NCBI RefSeq assembly: GCF_006345805.1
Contig: NW_021834035.1
Coordinates: 1 to 25,842, forward strand
Direction of reading: 5' to 3'
Origin: Octopus sinensis
Lineage: Eukaryota
Length of the DNA: 25,842 bases
Within the stretch, counting starts at the first letter, position 1; the number at the start of each line of letters is the position of its first letter. Under the pieces are notes generated by a model, which was not told where the DNA came from, ran no database searches, and saw nothing but the letters and a program-made list of their open reading frames with translations. A program made the translations under genes and the position numbers. This document shows positions 10,935-22,535 of this stretch, one piece after another.

Positions 10935-11167
10935 GGAGGCGCAATGGCCTAGTGATTGGGGCAGCGGACTTGCGGTCGGAGGATCGCGGTTTCGATTCCC
11001 AGACCGGGCGTTGTGTGTGTTTATTGAGCGAAAACACCTAAAAGCTCCACGAGGCTCCGGCAGGAGGTGGTGATCCCTGCTGTACTCTTTCACCACTCTA
11101 AAAGGCGGTGCTCCAGCATGGCCACAGTCAAATGACTGAAACAAGTACAAAAAAAAAAAAAAAAAAA
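10935..11167 (+). mobile_element. Chimeric SINE: family C head (10935-11096) joined to family A 3' tail plus poly-A
   Basis: The head matches 22536-22710. The sequence from ~11099 is AAAAGGCGGTGCTCCAGCATGGCCACAGTCAAATGACTGAAACAAGTAC(A)n. Confidence 0.85.
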
Positions 11168-11169
11168 TA

Positions 11170-11265
11170 GTTACGGGTTCAGTCCCACTAGCTGGTACGT
11201 TGGGTCAGTGTCTTCGATTATAGCCTTGTGAGGGATTTGGCAGACGGAAACTGGAAAAAAAAAAC
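11170..11265 (+). mobile_element. Diverged family A head/body fragment
   Basis: GGGTTCAGTCCCACT...GTGTCTTC..TATAGCCTTGTGAG.GGATTTGGCAGACGGAAACTG. Confidence 0.7.
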
Positions 11266-11466
11266 CTATCGCGTGTGTGTGTGAGTGCGAAACTGTGTAT
11301 TAGCAATTGGTTGATAGCCGATGAAGAATTAGGGACCTTCTTTGTTTGTCTCCCACCCGCTTTTACACTCAGTTTACGTTATGTCGTATGTTTATTTACC
11401 ATACATTTTTTTCATTTATGTACATCATTGTTTAGAGAAAGAACGGAATTTCAACATCAACAACAG

Positions 11467-11978
11467 GGTATGTATATTTGTATGTATGTATGTATGTATG
11501 TATGTATGTATGTATGTATGTATGTATGTATGTATGTATGCATGTATGTATGTATGTATGGTATGTATGCATGTATGTATGCATGTATGTGTATGTATAT
11601 GTATGCATGTATGTATGCATGTATGTATGTATGTATGCATGTATGTATGTATGTATGTATGTATGTATGTATGTATGTATGTATGTATGTATGCATGTAT
11701 GTATGTATGTATGTATGTATGTATGTATTTATGTGTGTATGTATGTATGTAATATGTTGTATGTATGTATGTATTATGTGTGGTATGTATGTTATGTATG
11801 TATGTATGTATGTGTGTATGTTATGTATGTATGTGCAGATTTGTATGTTTTATATACGTATTCTCATGCATATAGACATGCTCATATATACTTAAATGAT
11901 AAACTTTTGGAGAGTTTTACAGATTTTTACAGTTCCAGTGATGGATTGGATCTGTAGTCTTCGAATCAGCTTTGTATG

Positions 11979-12012
<34 letters not shown>

Positions 12013-12110
12013 TGTATGTATGTATGTATGTATGTATGGATGGATGGATGGATGGATGGATGGATGGATGGATGGATGAACGAATGAGTGAATGTACATA
12101 TGCATGTATG
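11467..12110. repeat. (TATG)n fields (11467-~11880 and 11965-12036) grading into (TGGA)n
   Basis: Seen directly. Confidence 0.93.
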
Positions 12111-12125
12111 TTCTCTTCTGTGTTT

Positions 12126-13195
12126 AATTACTGGTATAAATTTGAATTTATAAGCTGAATATAGAAACTGGAGGTCTCGAACCAGTTGTCATAGTTATTG
12201 TGTTTCGAGGAGATATTCACATGAAGCAGGGCAGCTGATCTCTATGGCAGTACTTACTTCTTCTTGTCTGTCCCAAACAACAATAACCGGTCTATTATGT
12301 TTACATTTGAGAGAAGTTTTGATGGAAATGTCCTTCCAATATTCCTTCAGTTGATGTTTGTGAATATATTCAACAACAGGTGGGGGTTCTCTATATTTAT
12401 TTCGGGAGAGTCTGTTTTTTCGAATGGCGTTATATATTGTTTTAACGATGTTATTGTCGCATAGGGACGTAGTACCTTCATGACATTTTTAGGCAGCTGT
12501 TAATCACGTGTGCTGTCTTCCACAGAAATATAGCATAATCTTCATTTTCGGTTGCATCGTGGGGGTCCAAGGATTTCAATCCCTCTTTTGTTTTGGTTGC
12601 TAGAAAATACTGGGTATTTTGTGGCAATCGCTTATTCTTGGATTTCAAACACATAACTTTTAAAGTGTGACGTGATGTAGCGATCACGAGTCCAAGAGTG
12701 CTGTACTTCATGTTGATGTAACTGTCTTCTTCAAGTCTTCGGGAAACATACCCATACATATTTTTATACTTTTGGTATGCTGAGAGTTTCCCATCCGGAT
12801 CTTCTTCGAGGTATGATAGTCCAGCTGTTTTGGAGTTGTATAGAGAGTACTTACTGAGAAACTCACTGCCAACACGTAGGATGTTGTTCTCTTCGCTTTC
12901 CAGCATGAAGTTTATGTATTTATTTTTGCTGTTGTTGTTTAGCAGGTGCTGTCTGAGAGAGAGAGCCTATGCGACATTCAAAAGCTGTCTGCACTGATTT
13001 CAAGCCTCTACGTTCCTCGCCTCTTCTTTGGTAGAACTTGTCAAAATCACTGTTTCTGTGGAAGTCTCCAGTCGATGTCTGGATCTTGCGGATTTTTATG
13101 GTTTGGATTTCCTCAACAGATCAATCACGTATCTCAAATATTGGAATCAGCTCTGGTATTGTAAATGCATTGTGGGATAGTCGTGTTGTAAGAAG
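12126..13195 (-). pseudogene. Relic of an R4/Dong-type non-LTR retrotransposon ORF (RT thumb, CCHC knuckle, restriction-like endonuclease)
   Basis: Frameshift-corrected translation: NAFTIPELIPIFEIRD*SVEEIQ..RKIQTSTGDFHRNSDFDKFY..RRGLKSV; YVFEIQE*AIATKY; *RLC..HVINSC.KMS*RYYVPMR; EYWKDISIKTSLKCKHNRPVIVVWDRQEEVSTAIEISCPA; FKFIPVI. These parallel the HPKSDVDRLY..GGRGL, AIQDQ, CxxC..H..C and RPD..D.x.P motifs of RLE-encoding LINEs. Confidence 0.85.
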
Positions 13196-13209
13196 AAAGT
13201 TCCGACTGC

Positions 13210-13210
<1 letters not shown>

Positions 13211-13243
<33 letters not shown>

Positions 13244-13296
13244 TGTATGTATGTATGTATGTATGTATGTATGTATGTATGTATGTATGTATGTAT
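13211..13296. repeat. Near-perfect (TATG)n
   Basis: Seen directly. Confidence 0.97.
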
Positions 13297-13467
13297 GAAG
13301 CCCAGTTACAACTACAGCCGGCTATTACCGGTAAAGGTTTTAGTTGCCAATTCTGTACAAGACATTCTAGATCTTTAGCTGGGCTAAAAAGTCACATTCG
13401 ATCACAGCACCAGTAACAGGTAAGCTTTGTGCAATGGCTATACTCGATAACAAGGGGGCAGCCATAA
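13297..13467 (+). mobile_element. 5'-truncated RTE-clade LINE 3' end (C-terminal C2H2-like finger plus short 3' UTR)
   Basis: Encodes GFSCQFCTRHSRSLAGLKSHIRSQHQ* (stop 13414-13416), matching the CxxC-R---S--GL-SH-R-H terminus of RTE ORFs. A ~50-nt UTR then runs into (ATGT)n. Confidence 0.75.
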
Positions 13468-13945
13468 TGTATGTATGTATGTATGTATGTATGTTTATGT
13501 ATGTATGTATGTATGCATGCATGTATGTATGCATGTATGTATGTATGTGATGCATGTATGTTCATGTATGTTTGTATGTATGTATTGTATGCATGTATGT
13601 ATTATGTATGTATGTATGCATGTATGTATGCATGTATGTTTGTATGTATGTATGTATGCATGTATGTATGTATGTATGTGTGCATGTATGTATGTATGTA
13701 TGTATGCATGTATGTATGCATGTATGTTTGTATGTATGTATGCATGTATGTATGTATGTATGTATGTATGTATGTATGTATGTATGTATGCATGTATGTA
13801 TGCATGTATGTTTGTATGTATGTATGCATGTATGTATGCTTGTATGTATGTATGCATGCATGTATGTACGCATACATGTATGGATGTGTGTATGTATGCG
13901 TGTATGTATACATGCATGTTTGTTTGTTTGTATGGATGTATGCAT
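13468..13945. repeat. (TATG)n field with CATG/TTTG variant units
   Basis: Seen directly. Confidence 0.95.
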
Positions 13946-14180
13946 GTTAAACTTAATTTTTTTTTTAAATTATTAAAGGGATTAGATTCTCATCAAAAAA
14001 CAAACCTCTGTAGCTGGATCTCACATAGCAAAAACGCTGAAAAGTCACATGCTGAACTTTACAAAAGCCTTGCATATTTCTACAGTACCGCAGGGGCTTG
14101 CCAGCTGGTCCCTTTCTTATTTTCTTAAACGAAGATCTAAGATTATTAAGACTACCACTCAAACATTTAGTTTTTTTTTT

Positions 14181-14309
14181 TTTACTCTAGGCACAAGGCC
14201 CGAAATTTTGGGGGAAGGTCTAGTCGATTAGATCGACCCCAGTACGAAACTGGTACTTCATTTATCGACCCTGAAAGGATGAAAAGCAAAGTTGACCTCG
14301 GCGCAATTT
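14181..14309 (-). mobile_element. Family E-related SINE, central domain plus an alternative 3' tail, 5'-truncated
   Basis: The central block matches family E. The tail CACAAGG(C/T)C(C/T)GAAATTTTGG is also seen at 8035-8056. Confidence 0.7.
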
Positions 14310-14336
14310 ATATATATATGCGCGCGCACATACATA

Positions 14337-14378
<42 letters not shown>

Positions 14379-14752
14379 CAGTATATCATATATCCGAAGA
14401 AGAAGCACACTCGGCGGACCAGGGTAAATTACCCCGAATGGGGTAAAAAGGAAATTCTTGGGGGTAATGAGGATTCATTAGACATGAGTAAAATTATATT
14501 AAAAAAAACGTGATCCTTCTTGGGACAGAAATTTTTCTTCTGGCAACACAGCATATATCCAATGTAAGGGACGTGTAAATAGATTCCTATACATAGGTTC
14601 AGGGGTAACGTCGGCGTAAATAAATATATTTTGGGGGTAACTGGTTAGAAAAGTACCCCGACCTCCACTCTAAATCATACAGCAGTAATGTATTTATATG
14701 CAGTTCGGTCATGGCCTGGCCCCATGGATGACTCGTCAGACTCTAAAGCAGA

Positions 14753-15044
14753 CTCTTTGTTAGCCTAATCGGTTTCTTTTGCCGAACCGCTAGCATAAGG
14801 GGACGTAAATGCACCACCATTGGTTGCCAAGCGATGTTGAGGAGACAAACACGGACATACAATCATATACACACACATACATATACACGAAGGGCTTCTT
14901 TCAGCTTCCGTCTGCCAAGTCCGCTCACAAGGGTTTTGTGGGCCAGAGGCTATAATAGAAGACACTTGCCGAAGGTGCCACGGAGCGGGACTGAACCCGG
15001 AACCATGTGGTTTTTAAGCAAGCTACTTACCATACAGCCACTCC
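14753..15044 (-). mobile_element. SINE family A, 3'-truncated, diverged
   Basis: Head ends at 15044; the body matches A copies; no tail. Confidence 0.85.
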
Positions 15045-15066
15045 AGCGCCTAAAGATATATATATG

Positions 15067-15107
<41 letters not shown>

Positions 15108-15108
<1 letters not shown>

Positions 15109-15428
15109 AAGGGTAAAGACCCCCTTCGGTCATGAATGACCATGGGATTGCACCTAGAAAGTTACCCTCCTAGACACAAGTCTGGGCAAGGTTGTTTTTA
15201 TGGAAGGCCAGCAGTCGCCCATGCATACCAGCCTCCCCTCTCCACGCCACCAGTGTTATCCAAGGGAAAGACAAAGGTCGATACAGCTTGGCACCTGTGA
15301 CGTCGCAACTCATTTCTACAGCTGAGTGAACTGGAGCAACGTGAAATAAAGTGCCTTGCTCGAGAACACAACACGCATGCCCGGTCCGGGATTCGAGCTC
15401 ACAACCTTACGATCGTAAGCTCGACGCT
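15108..15428 (-). mobile_element. SINE family D (shares head/core with family B)
   Basis: Reverse complement aligns along its length with 23016-23340. Confidence 0.85.
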
Positions 15429-15452
15429 ATATATATATATAATATATATATA

Positions 15453-15605
15453 TGATAGGCTTCCACGCAGTTTCCATCTGCCAAATTCACTCACAAGACA
15501 TTTGTCGGTCCCGCGCTATAGTAGAAACTTGCCTAAGGTGCCGTGCTGTGGCCCTGAACCCGAGATCACGTGGCTCCCAAGCGAGTTTCTTAACCACCCA
15601 GCCTA
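15453..15605 (-). mobile_element. Old family A-like head fragment
   Basis: CAGTTTCCATCTGCCAAATTCACTCACAAG...CCTAAGGTGCC...CTGAACCCG...ACCACCCAGCC. Confidence 0.7.
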
Positions 15606-15689
15606 TACCTGCTCATAAATATGCTTAATATTTAGGTTTTTTCTTGCTTTGATTTTTGTTTGTTTTTTTTTTCCATAGTAAACTTGTTA

Positions 15690-15825
15690 ATCAAAGGTCC
15701 AGCTTTGTCGTACTCAGTATCACGTTGATTCGGCCTGAGAATAAAGTTAAGAGTACACGTGTCTGCGAAAATTCGGTTAATAATATGCTAATTTATGCAG
15801 TAAGCTGTTCGTGATCGAAATTGTC
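15690..15825 (+). mobile_element. Diverged family C 3' body fragment
   Basis: TCACGTTGA..GAGAA..GTTAAG.GTACACGTGTCTG parallels 22760-22890. Confidence 0.55.
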
Positions 15826-15867
15826 GCAGATCCATCATCATCATCGTCACACACACACACACACTTA

Positions 15868-15914
<47 letters not shown>

Positions 15915-15939
15915 ATATATGTATATATAATATATACAT

Positions 15940-16000
15940 TTATTTTATAGAAGGAACTTCTACAGGACTATAGTCCTGTAGAGCTCCTTCTATAAAATAA
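15940..16000. repeat. 61-bp near-perfect palindrome
   Basis: TTATTTTATAGAAGG..TCTACAGGACTA|TAGTCCTGTAGA..CCTTCTATAAAATAA; the central 24 bp are perfect. Confidence 0.95.
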
Positions 16001-16069
16001 TTACTTTACTGGCTATGTATTGAGTACCTTATTTACTGTGGTTAACCCCGACTAACCCGGGACCTACAT

Positions 16070-16161
16070 ATATATACATATATATCTATATATAATATTA
16101 TATGTATATATATACAATTATATATATATATATATATATATATAACATATATATATAGATA

Positions 16162-16199
<38 letters not shown>

Positions 16200-16960
16200 A
16201 CTAGACCATAGTGATCTTGGGTCGAGTCAATCGTACTTGTATTTTGTATTGGGTACTGTATATGAAAGTTGACATATATATGTATGTATGTATATGCATC
16301 CATACGCACACACACATATTTGCTTAACCTTTGAGAGCCATATGTTAATATATTTGGCTATGTTTGTGAGTGTGAATGCGCGCGCGTGTGTTTGTGAATG
16401 TGTGTGTGTGTGTGTGTGTGTGTATATCTATGTGTATGTGTGCGTGTTCGTGTGTGTGTGTGTGTGTGCATCTACTGAACTCTTACGTCCATGTGTGTAG
16501 ATTGTGATTGCCAACGTACAAAGATAAAAGTAGAAATAAGAAGAGAAAAAAAAAGCCGTTTTTCATTCTATGCGTTTAGATGTACACCTGTATGTTTGTC
16601 CATTAAACACTTAATATTATGTATGCGTGCTTAAGTATACTTTTAATCACGCGTACGTCCCCAGACGGTAATACACACACACAGTGCATCCGTACAAATA
16701 TATACATACACACATACATATATACAAATCTACACGCGCCTATATATATATATAAACAAAACCCATACAAACGTACACAATGTATGTGTGCATATATACA
16801 TATAAACATGCATACATATCGTTATATGTACATATATACAATACATATAGATTTATACATACATTCACATATACATATATACATACACACAAAAATAAAT
16901 ACATACTTATATATATAATATATATATATATAATCATACAGACAGTTGTATATACATACA
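16070..16960. repeat. Low-complexity (TA)/(TG)/(CA) field
   Basis: Seen directly; interrupted by short unique segments. Confidence 0.8.
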
Positions 16961-17029
16961 CAGTGGTGTCCTTTGTTTAGCGGTAAAACTGGAATGTGTC
17001 TGAGAGAAGGCGAGGAAAGCAAAACGCGC

Positions 17030-17522
17030 AAGGGATATAGAGAGAGTATGAATATTAGACTGAAAAGATAGAGTAATGGTCATAAAGGGAGAGGAGAGAG
17101 AGAAAGAGAGAGTTTAAGACTAAGGGAGAAACAAAAGAGAGAGTATAAAAAAAGGAGGCTAAGAGAATGTGAGAGAGAGAGAGAGAGAGCGAGCGAGAGA
17201 GTGAGAGTGAGACAGAGAGAGACAGGACGAGAGTTTGTGAGTGTGAAAAAGAAGGATAAAAATAGATTTAAAGAGAGGAAAATAGGGTAACAAGGAGTTG
17301 GAGGAAGTCGAAGAGAGAGAGAGAGATGAAGGCAGAGAGTAAGAAGTAAGAAACTGTGAGATAGAGAGAGGGTGAGATAGAGAGAGGGTGAAAGAGAGAA
17401 GAAAGAGAGAGAGAGAGTTAGAATAAGAGAGTGACAGAAAAGATAGGTAAATGGAAATTGAGGGAGGGTGATTAAAATAGTGTAATAGCCACAAAGAGAC
17501 TCAGTGAGAGGCCAGTTGATGC

Positions 17523-17554
<32 letters not shown>

Positions 17555-18060
17555 CAGTGTGTGTGTGTATGTATATGTATGTATGTAAATACATATATAT
17601 GCGTATGTGTGAGTGTGCGTGTGTATGTATGTGTGTGTAAGTGAGAGAGACAGAGAGAGAAGCAGAGAAAGAGGGAGTGAGCCCAATAGAAAGATGAGAC
17701 GATGGAGTGAAACAGGATGAAAAGAACAAATAAGGGATAGTAGAGTAAGAGAAAGAGAGAGGGGGAGGTGAGTGAATGGGAAATGCAGAAAGACTAGAAG
17801 GGAGGGACAAAGAAGGGGAGGACACTAGACAGCGAGAGAGGGTTAGGGAGAGAAAATAAGAAAGAGGGACAACAGTAAAAGTGAGATAGATACAGACAAA
17901 GGAAAAGAAAATAAGAAAACCAAGAGAGAGGGGCAGGCAAAGAGAGAAAGATAGAGTTATAGAAGGAAAGAATATGAATCACTGAGGGGGAGGAAGAAAG
18001 GGTAACAGTGTAACAATGGGGAGGGAGGTGGTGAGGTGAGAGTAAATTGATAGAAAGAGT
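17030..18060. repeat. Purine-rich (GA-rich) low-complexity tract, interrupted at ~17500-17640
   Basis: The + strand is overwhelmingly A/G. Confidence 0.85.
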
Positions 18061-18214
18061 TGGGTATGTAATATTGTATTACCGCGAACAACACACACAT
18101 AGACACACGCTCACGCACACATGCACACGCATATACACACATACACACACGTACATGTATACACAAAGTGTCGTTCACACGAAAAACATGTAAACACATA
18201 CATATGTATATATC

Positions 18215-18250
<36 letters not shown>

Positions 18251-18357
18251 ATATAAATGTATACGCTATGTTTACATGTAAGTGCACACAAAAAGCATAT
18301 AGTTGCTCACACGGAGACTAATTTAAACGAAAACATATATAAATATAAGCATTATAT

Positions 18358-18416
<59 letters not shown>

Positions 18417-18620
18417 TATATAAATATATACACTTGCACACGCACACATGCACACGCATACACACACAAGCACAAACATGCATATATATATACACATACA
18501 TACCGAGTCGCCCTTGTAACACATACAACAAATGCACACATATTTAGATACATCTAAATATTGCTACATATGTTTACATACATATACATATACACATTCA
18601 CATATACATATATAAACAAT

Positions 18621-18830
<210 letters not shown>

Positions 18831-18924
18831 TACACACACATACATTCATCATCTAGTCGCTCACTGCAACACACATGAAAACAAACCTAAATACACGTGT
18901 AAATATAAATACATCTATATGTTA

Positions 18925-19270
18925 TAAATCCTTAAAATCCTTAAAAATGTTTTAGCCCGAAGGCCGCGGCCATGCTGGGGCACCACCGCTGAATGAGCTA
19001 CACTAGTTGTGAATCCACTTCTGATACGTGGGCACTGATCAACAGGGAGTTCGATGCTGCTGCCCGCATCCGTGTCTCCTGTCGTGAGGTAGGTTCATCT
19101 GGGACTCCCAAAAGAAGAGATCCAGTTTAGTTTTAAAGAAACCCACATCCACACCATGTAAGTCTCTCAGGCATTTAGGGAGGATGTTAAAGAGCTGTGG
19201 TCCTCTGAAACCCAAGCTGTTACAGTATCTGGACCTGTATTTTGATGGTGATGTTGGAATGTTATGTTTA
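18925..19270 (-). mobile_element. CR1/L2-group LINE 3' end: ORF2 C-terminus, 3' UTR and tandem tail
   Basis: The minus strand encodes YCNSLGFRGPQLFNILPKCLRDLHGVDVGFFKTKLDLF and, after a frameshift, LGVPDEPTSRQETRMRAAASNSLL. The UTR ends GGTGGTGCCCCAGCATGGCCGCGGCCTTCGGGCTAAAACA followed by TTTTAAGGA x2. Clade assignment is from recalled motif similarity. Confidence 0.75.
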
Positions 19271-19620
19271 CAAGCAAGTACACACACACACACACGCAAA
19301 TACATACATGCATACATACATACATACATACATACATACATACATACATACATACATACATACATACACGCATACTTAGGGACTTGCACGATGTAACGCA
19401 CTTGCAAATGCAAACATATACACGTATATACGAGTACTTGTATATCATGTTAACACGGGCACACATACACACAAATAAATATATATATCTCTAAATAATA
19501 TTTTTACAGATACACACACACACACACACACATATATATGCACACATATACAGTCGCTCATCGAAACGCACATAGAAACAAACGCAATATTTACATAAAT
19601 ATGTAACTATAACATACATC

Positions 19621-19933
<313 letters not shown>

Positions 19934-20435
19934 TGCTGATATACATACAGACGTATGAAGTCACTCATTGAAACGCATGGAAACAAATGCATACACACAT
20001 ACTCGCACATATAGCAGCGCACATGCACATATATATATATATATATATACAAATATACATAAGCGTTATACGTTTATACAAACAGCCGCTCGTTCTCTGT
20101 AGCGCATATGAAAACAAATACTGACACACCCATACACACGTACATACATACACACACACACGTATTCACACACATAGGCAGACGGTGAAAATTGTTTACT
20201 ACGTTTTAAGCATCCGGGCAATTGACAACGTCTCGTTCGCTGCTTTGTTTGGATCGTAGATCTCAGACGGGATGTGTGCAATGGAGGTTTAGGTTTCCTA
20301 GTACTGACTTAACCTGCCGCAACGGACGCCAACCTCAGCATGTTTGTTGTTTGTTGTTTGTTGTTTGTATGTGTGGTCCGTCCGTCTGCCTGCCACTCTG
20401 TCAGCCTGTCTGTCTGTCTGTCTGTCTGAAGGTAT

Positions 20436-20834
20436 ACTCTTTTACTCTTTTACTTGTTTCAGTCATTTGACTGCAGCCATGCTGGAGCACCGCCTTTAGT
20501 CGAGCAAATCGACCCCGGGACTTATTCTTTTTGTAAGCCCAGTACTTATTCTATCGGTCTCTTTTTTGCCGAACCGCTAAGTGACGGGGACGTAAACACA
20601 CCAGCATCGTTTGTCAAGCAATGCTAAGGGGACAAACACACACACATACATACATACATACACATATATATATATACGACAGGCTTCTTTCAGTTTCCAT
20701 CTACCAAATCCACTCACAAGGCATTGGTCGGCCCGGGGCTATAGCAGAAGACACTTGCCCAAGGTGCCACGCAGTGGGACTGAACCCAGAACCATGTGGT
20801 TGGTTAGCAAGCTACTTACCACACAGCCACTCCT
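20436..20834 (-). mobile_element. SINE family A, full length
   Basis: Head at 20834, tail with ACTCTTTT x2 at 20436. Shares diagnostic variants (AAGCCCAG, AAGTGACGG, GCAATGCTA) with the 3023 and 24876 copies. Confidence 0.93.
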
Positions 20835-20866
20835 GTATGTTTCTATGTGTTTATCATATATATATA

Positions 20867-21577
20867 TACTTGTTACAGTCATTCGACTGCAGCCATGCTG
20901 GAGCACCGCCTTACGTTTTTTTTATTTTTTAAGCCTGGTACTTATTCTACTGGTCTCTTTGCCGAACCGCTAGTTACAGGGACGTAAACACACCGACACC
21001 GGTTGCCAAGTGGTACTGGAGGACAAATAGAGACATAAAGATACATACACACATACATACATGCATACATACATACATTCATACATACATACATGCATGC
21101 ATGCATGCATACATACATACATACATGCATGCATGCATACATACATACATACATACATACGTATATACATACATACATACATACATACGTATATACATAC
21201 ATACATACATACACACATCATACATACAAACATACATACATACATACATACATACATACATACATGCATGCATGCATGCATGCATACATACATACATACA
21301 TGCATGCATGCATGCATGCATACATACATACATACATACATACATATACATACATACGTGCATACATACATACATGTGTGTGAGTTTGTATGTGCGTAGG
21401 TATGCAGGTAGGTATGTATGTATACGACAGGCTTCTTTCAGTTTCCGGCTATCAAATCCACTCAAGGCTTTGGTCAGCCTGATGTTATAGTAGAAGACAT
21501 TTTGCCCAAGGTGCCACGCAATGGGAACGAACACGGAACTATGTGATGGGAAGGAAGCTTCTTACCACACAGCCACC
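20867..21577 (-). mobile_element. SINE family A with its internal microsatellite expanded to ~375 bp (21047-21422)
   Basis: Tail/body at 20867-21046 and head/body at 21423-21577 are collinear around a (CATA)/(CATG) field. Confidence 0.88.
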
Positions 21578-22535
21578 TCTGACATTTTATTTTTTCAATG
21601 ACGATTTGCAGAAATACGTGTCTATGGGTGCAGGTTCCGTAATTTTTTTTGTTTTAAATAAATAAAGCCGAAAGAAACAACTTTTTAAAATGCATATGAT
21701 TCAAAAGCTCTTTTGTTGGCTTGAGATTTGACTGTTATTTCTAGTATTTCGTGCGACCATACGGAGATTCCTTAGTGTACGTAGTTGTTCAAACTCAAGT
21801 CACATCTGATCAAGGTAGCTTATAATCAAAAGCGTTCTAGTCATGTCCATCCCGTTCATTTTGCAGGCATTGTGCACCCAGAGTTAAATTATCCAACGTC
21901 TGCCTTTAAGTCTGTAGAGTGCGGTCTGAGGAAAATTGAGCTGCTATTTCTAGCAAAGTGAGCGACTACGCAGAGGAACATTGGTTGAGGAATGAGTTGG
22001 GTTGCTGATGTTGATTAACTTTGATCGAGAAGACTTACGATCACGTGGTCAAAGGCATGGGCATGTTTGCCTCGACTTCCTTTTCAGCATGCAGTACATT
22101 GGATTACTTCTGTTGAGTCATTCTCTTGTAAGATATAATATTAGTGAGGTTTGGCTGCTATTGCTCCAGATGGAGTAACCGTGTATATGCATATTTCTTC
22201 GTTAACTTGATTGCGCGTAGTGTGACGTTAATTCAGGAGAATTCTTTATTCCTTCAGATTACCTTCCATTTTCATTCGGAATTGATAGCGATCGCTGCTA
22301 GGTGTTTGTCTACCTTCTCTCGAAACGAAAATAATTTTAGTAAATCGAGAATATCTTGTTTGGTATTTAATATACATTTTCGTTTTTGCTGCGCAAATTC
22401 ATCCATTGGCCACTTTTAGCATAATTTTTATTCAATTATGCAAAGCTCATTCGACCATAATTGTGCTCTTGTCTTTTAGTAAATGTCTGTGTCTGATTCG
22501 TGTGGATATAGTGTCTAGTTCAATTTGATTCACTT

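Noticed and set aside
12478-12906. 142-aa ORF as a host gene
   Set aside because: It is one frame segment of the frameshifted R4/Dong-like retrotransposon relic.
21925-21960. Hammerhead at CTGAGGA
   Set aside because: A weak AAAT/ATTT stem follows, but no GAAA box.
22144-22419. 91-aa ORF, and a 44-aa opposite-strand ORF
   Set aside because: No recognisable domain or coding-like composition; within chance expectation.
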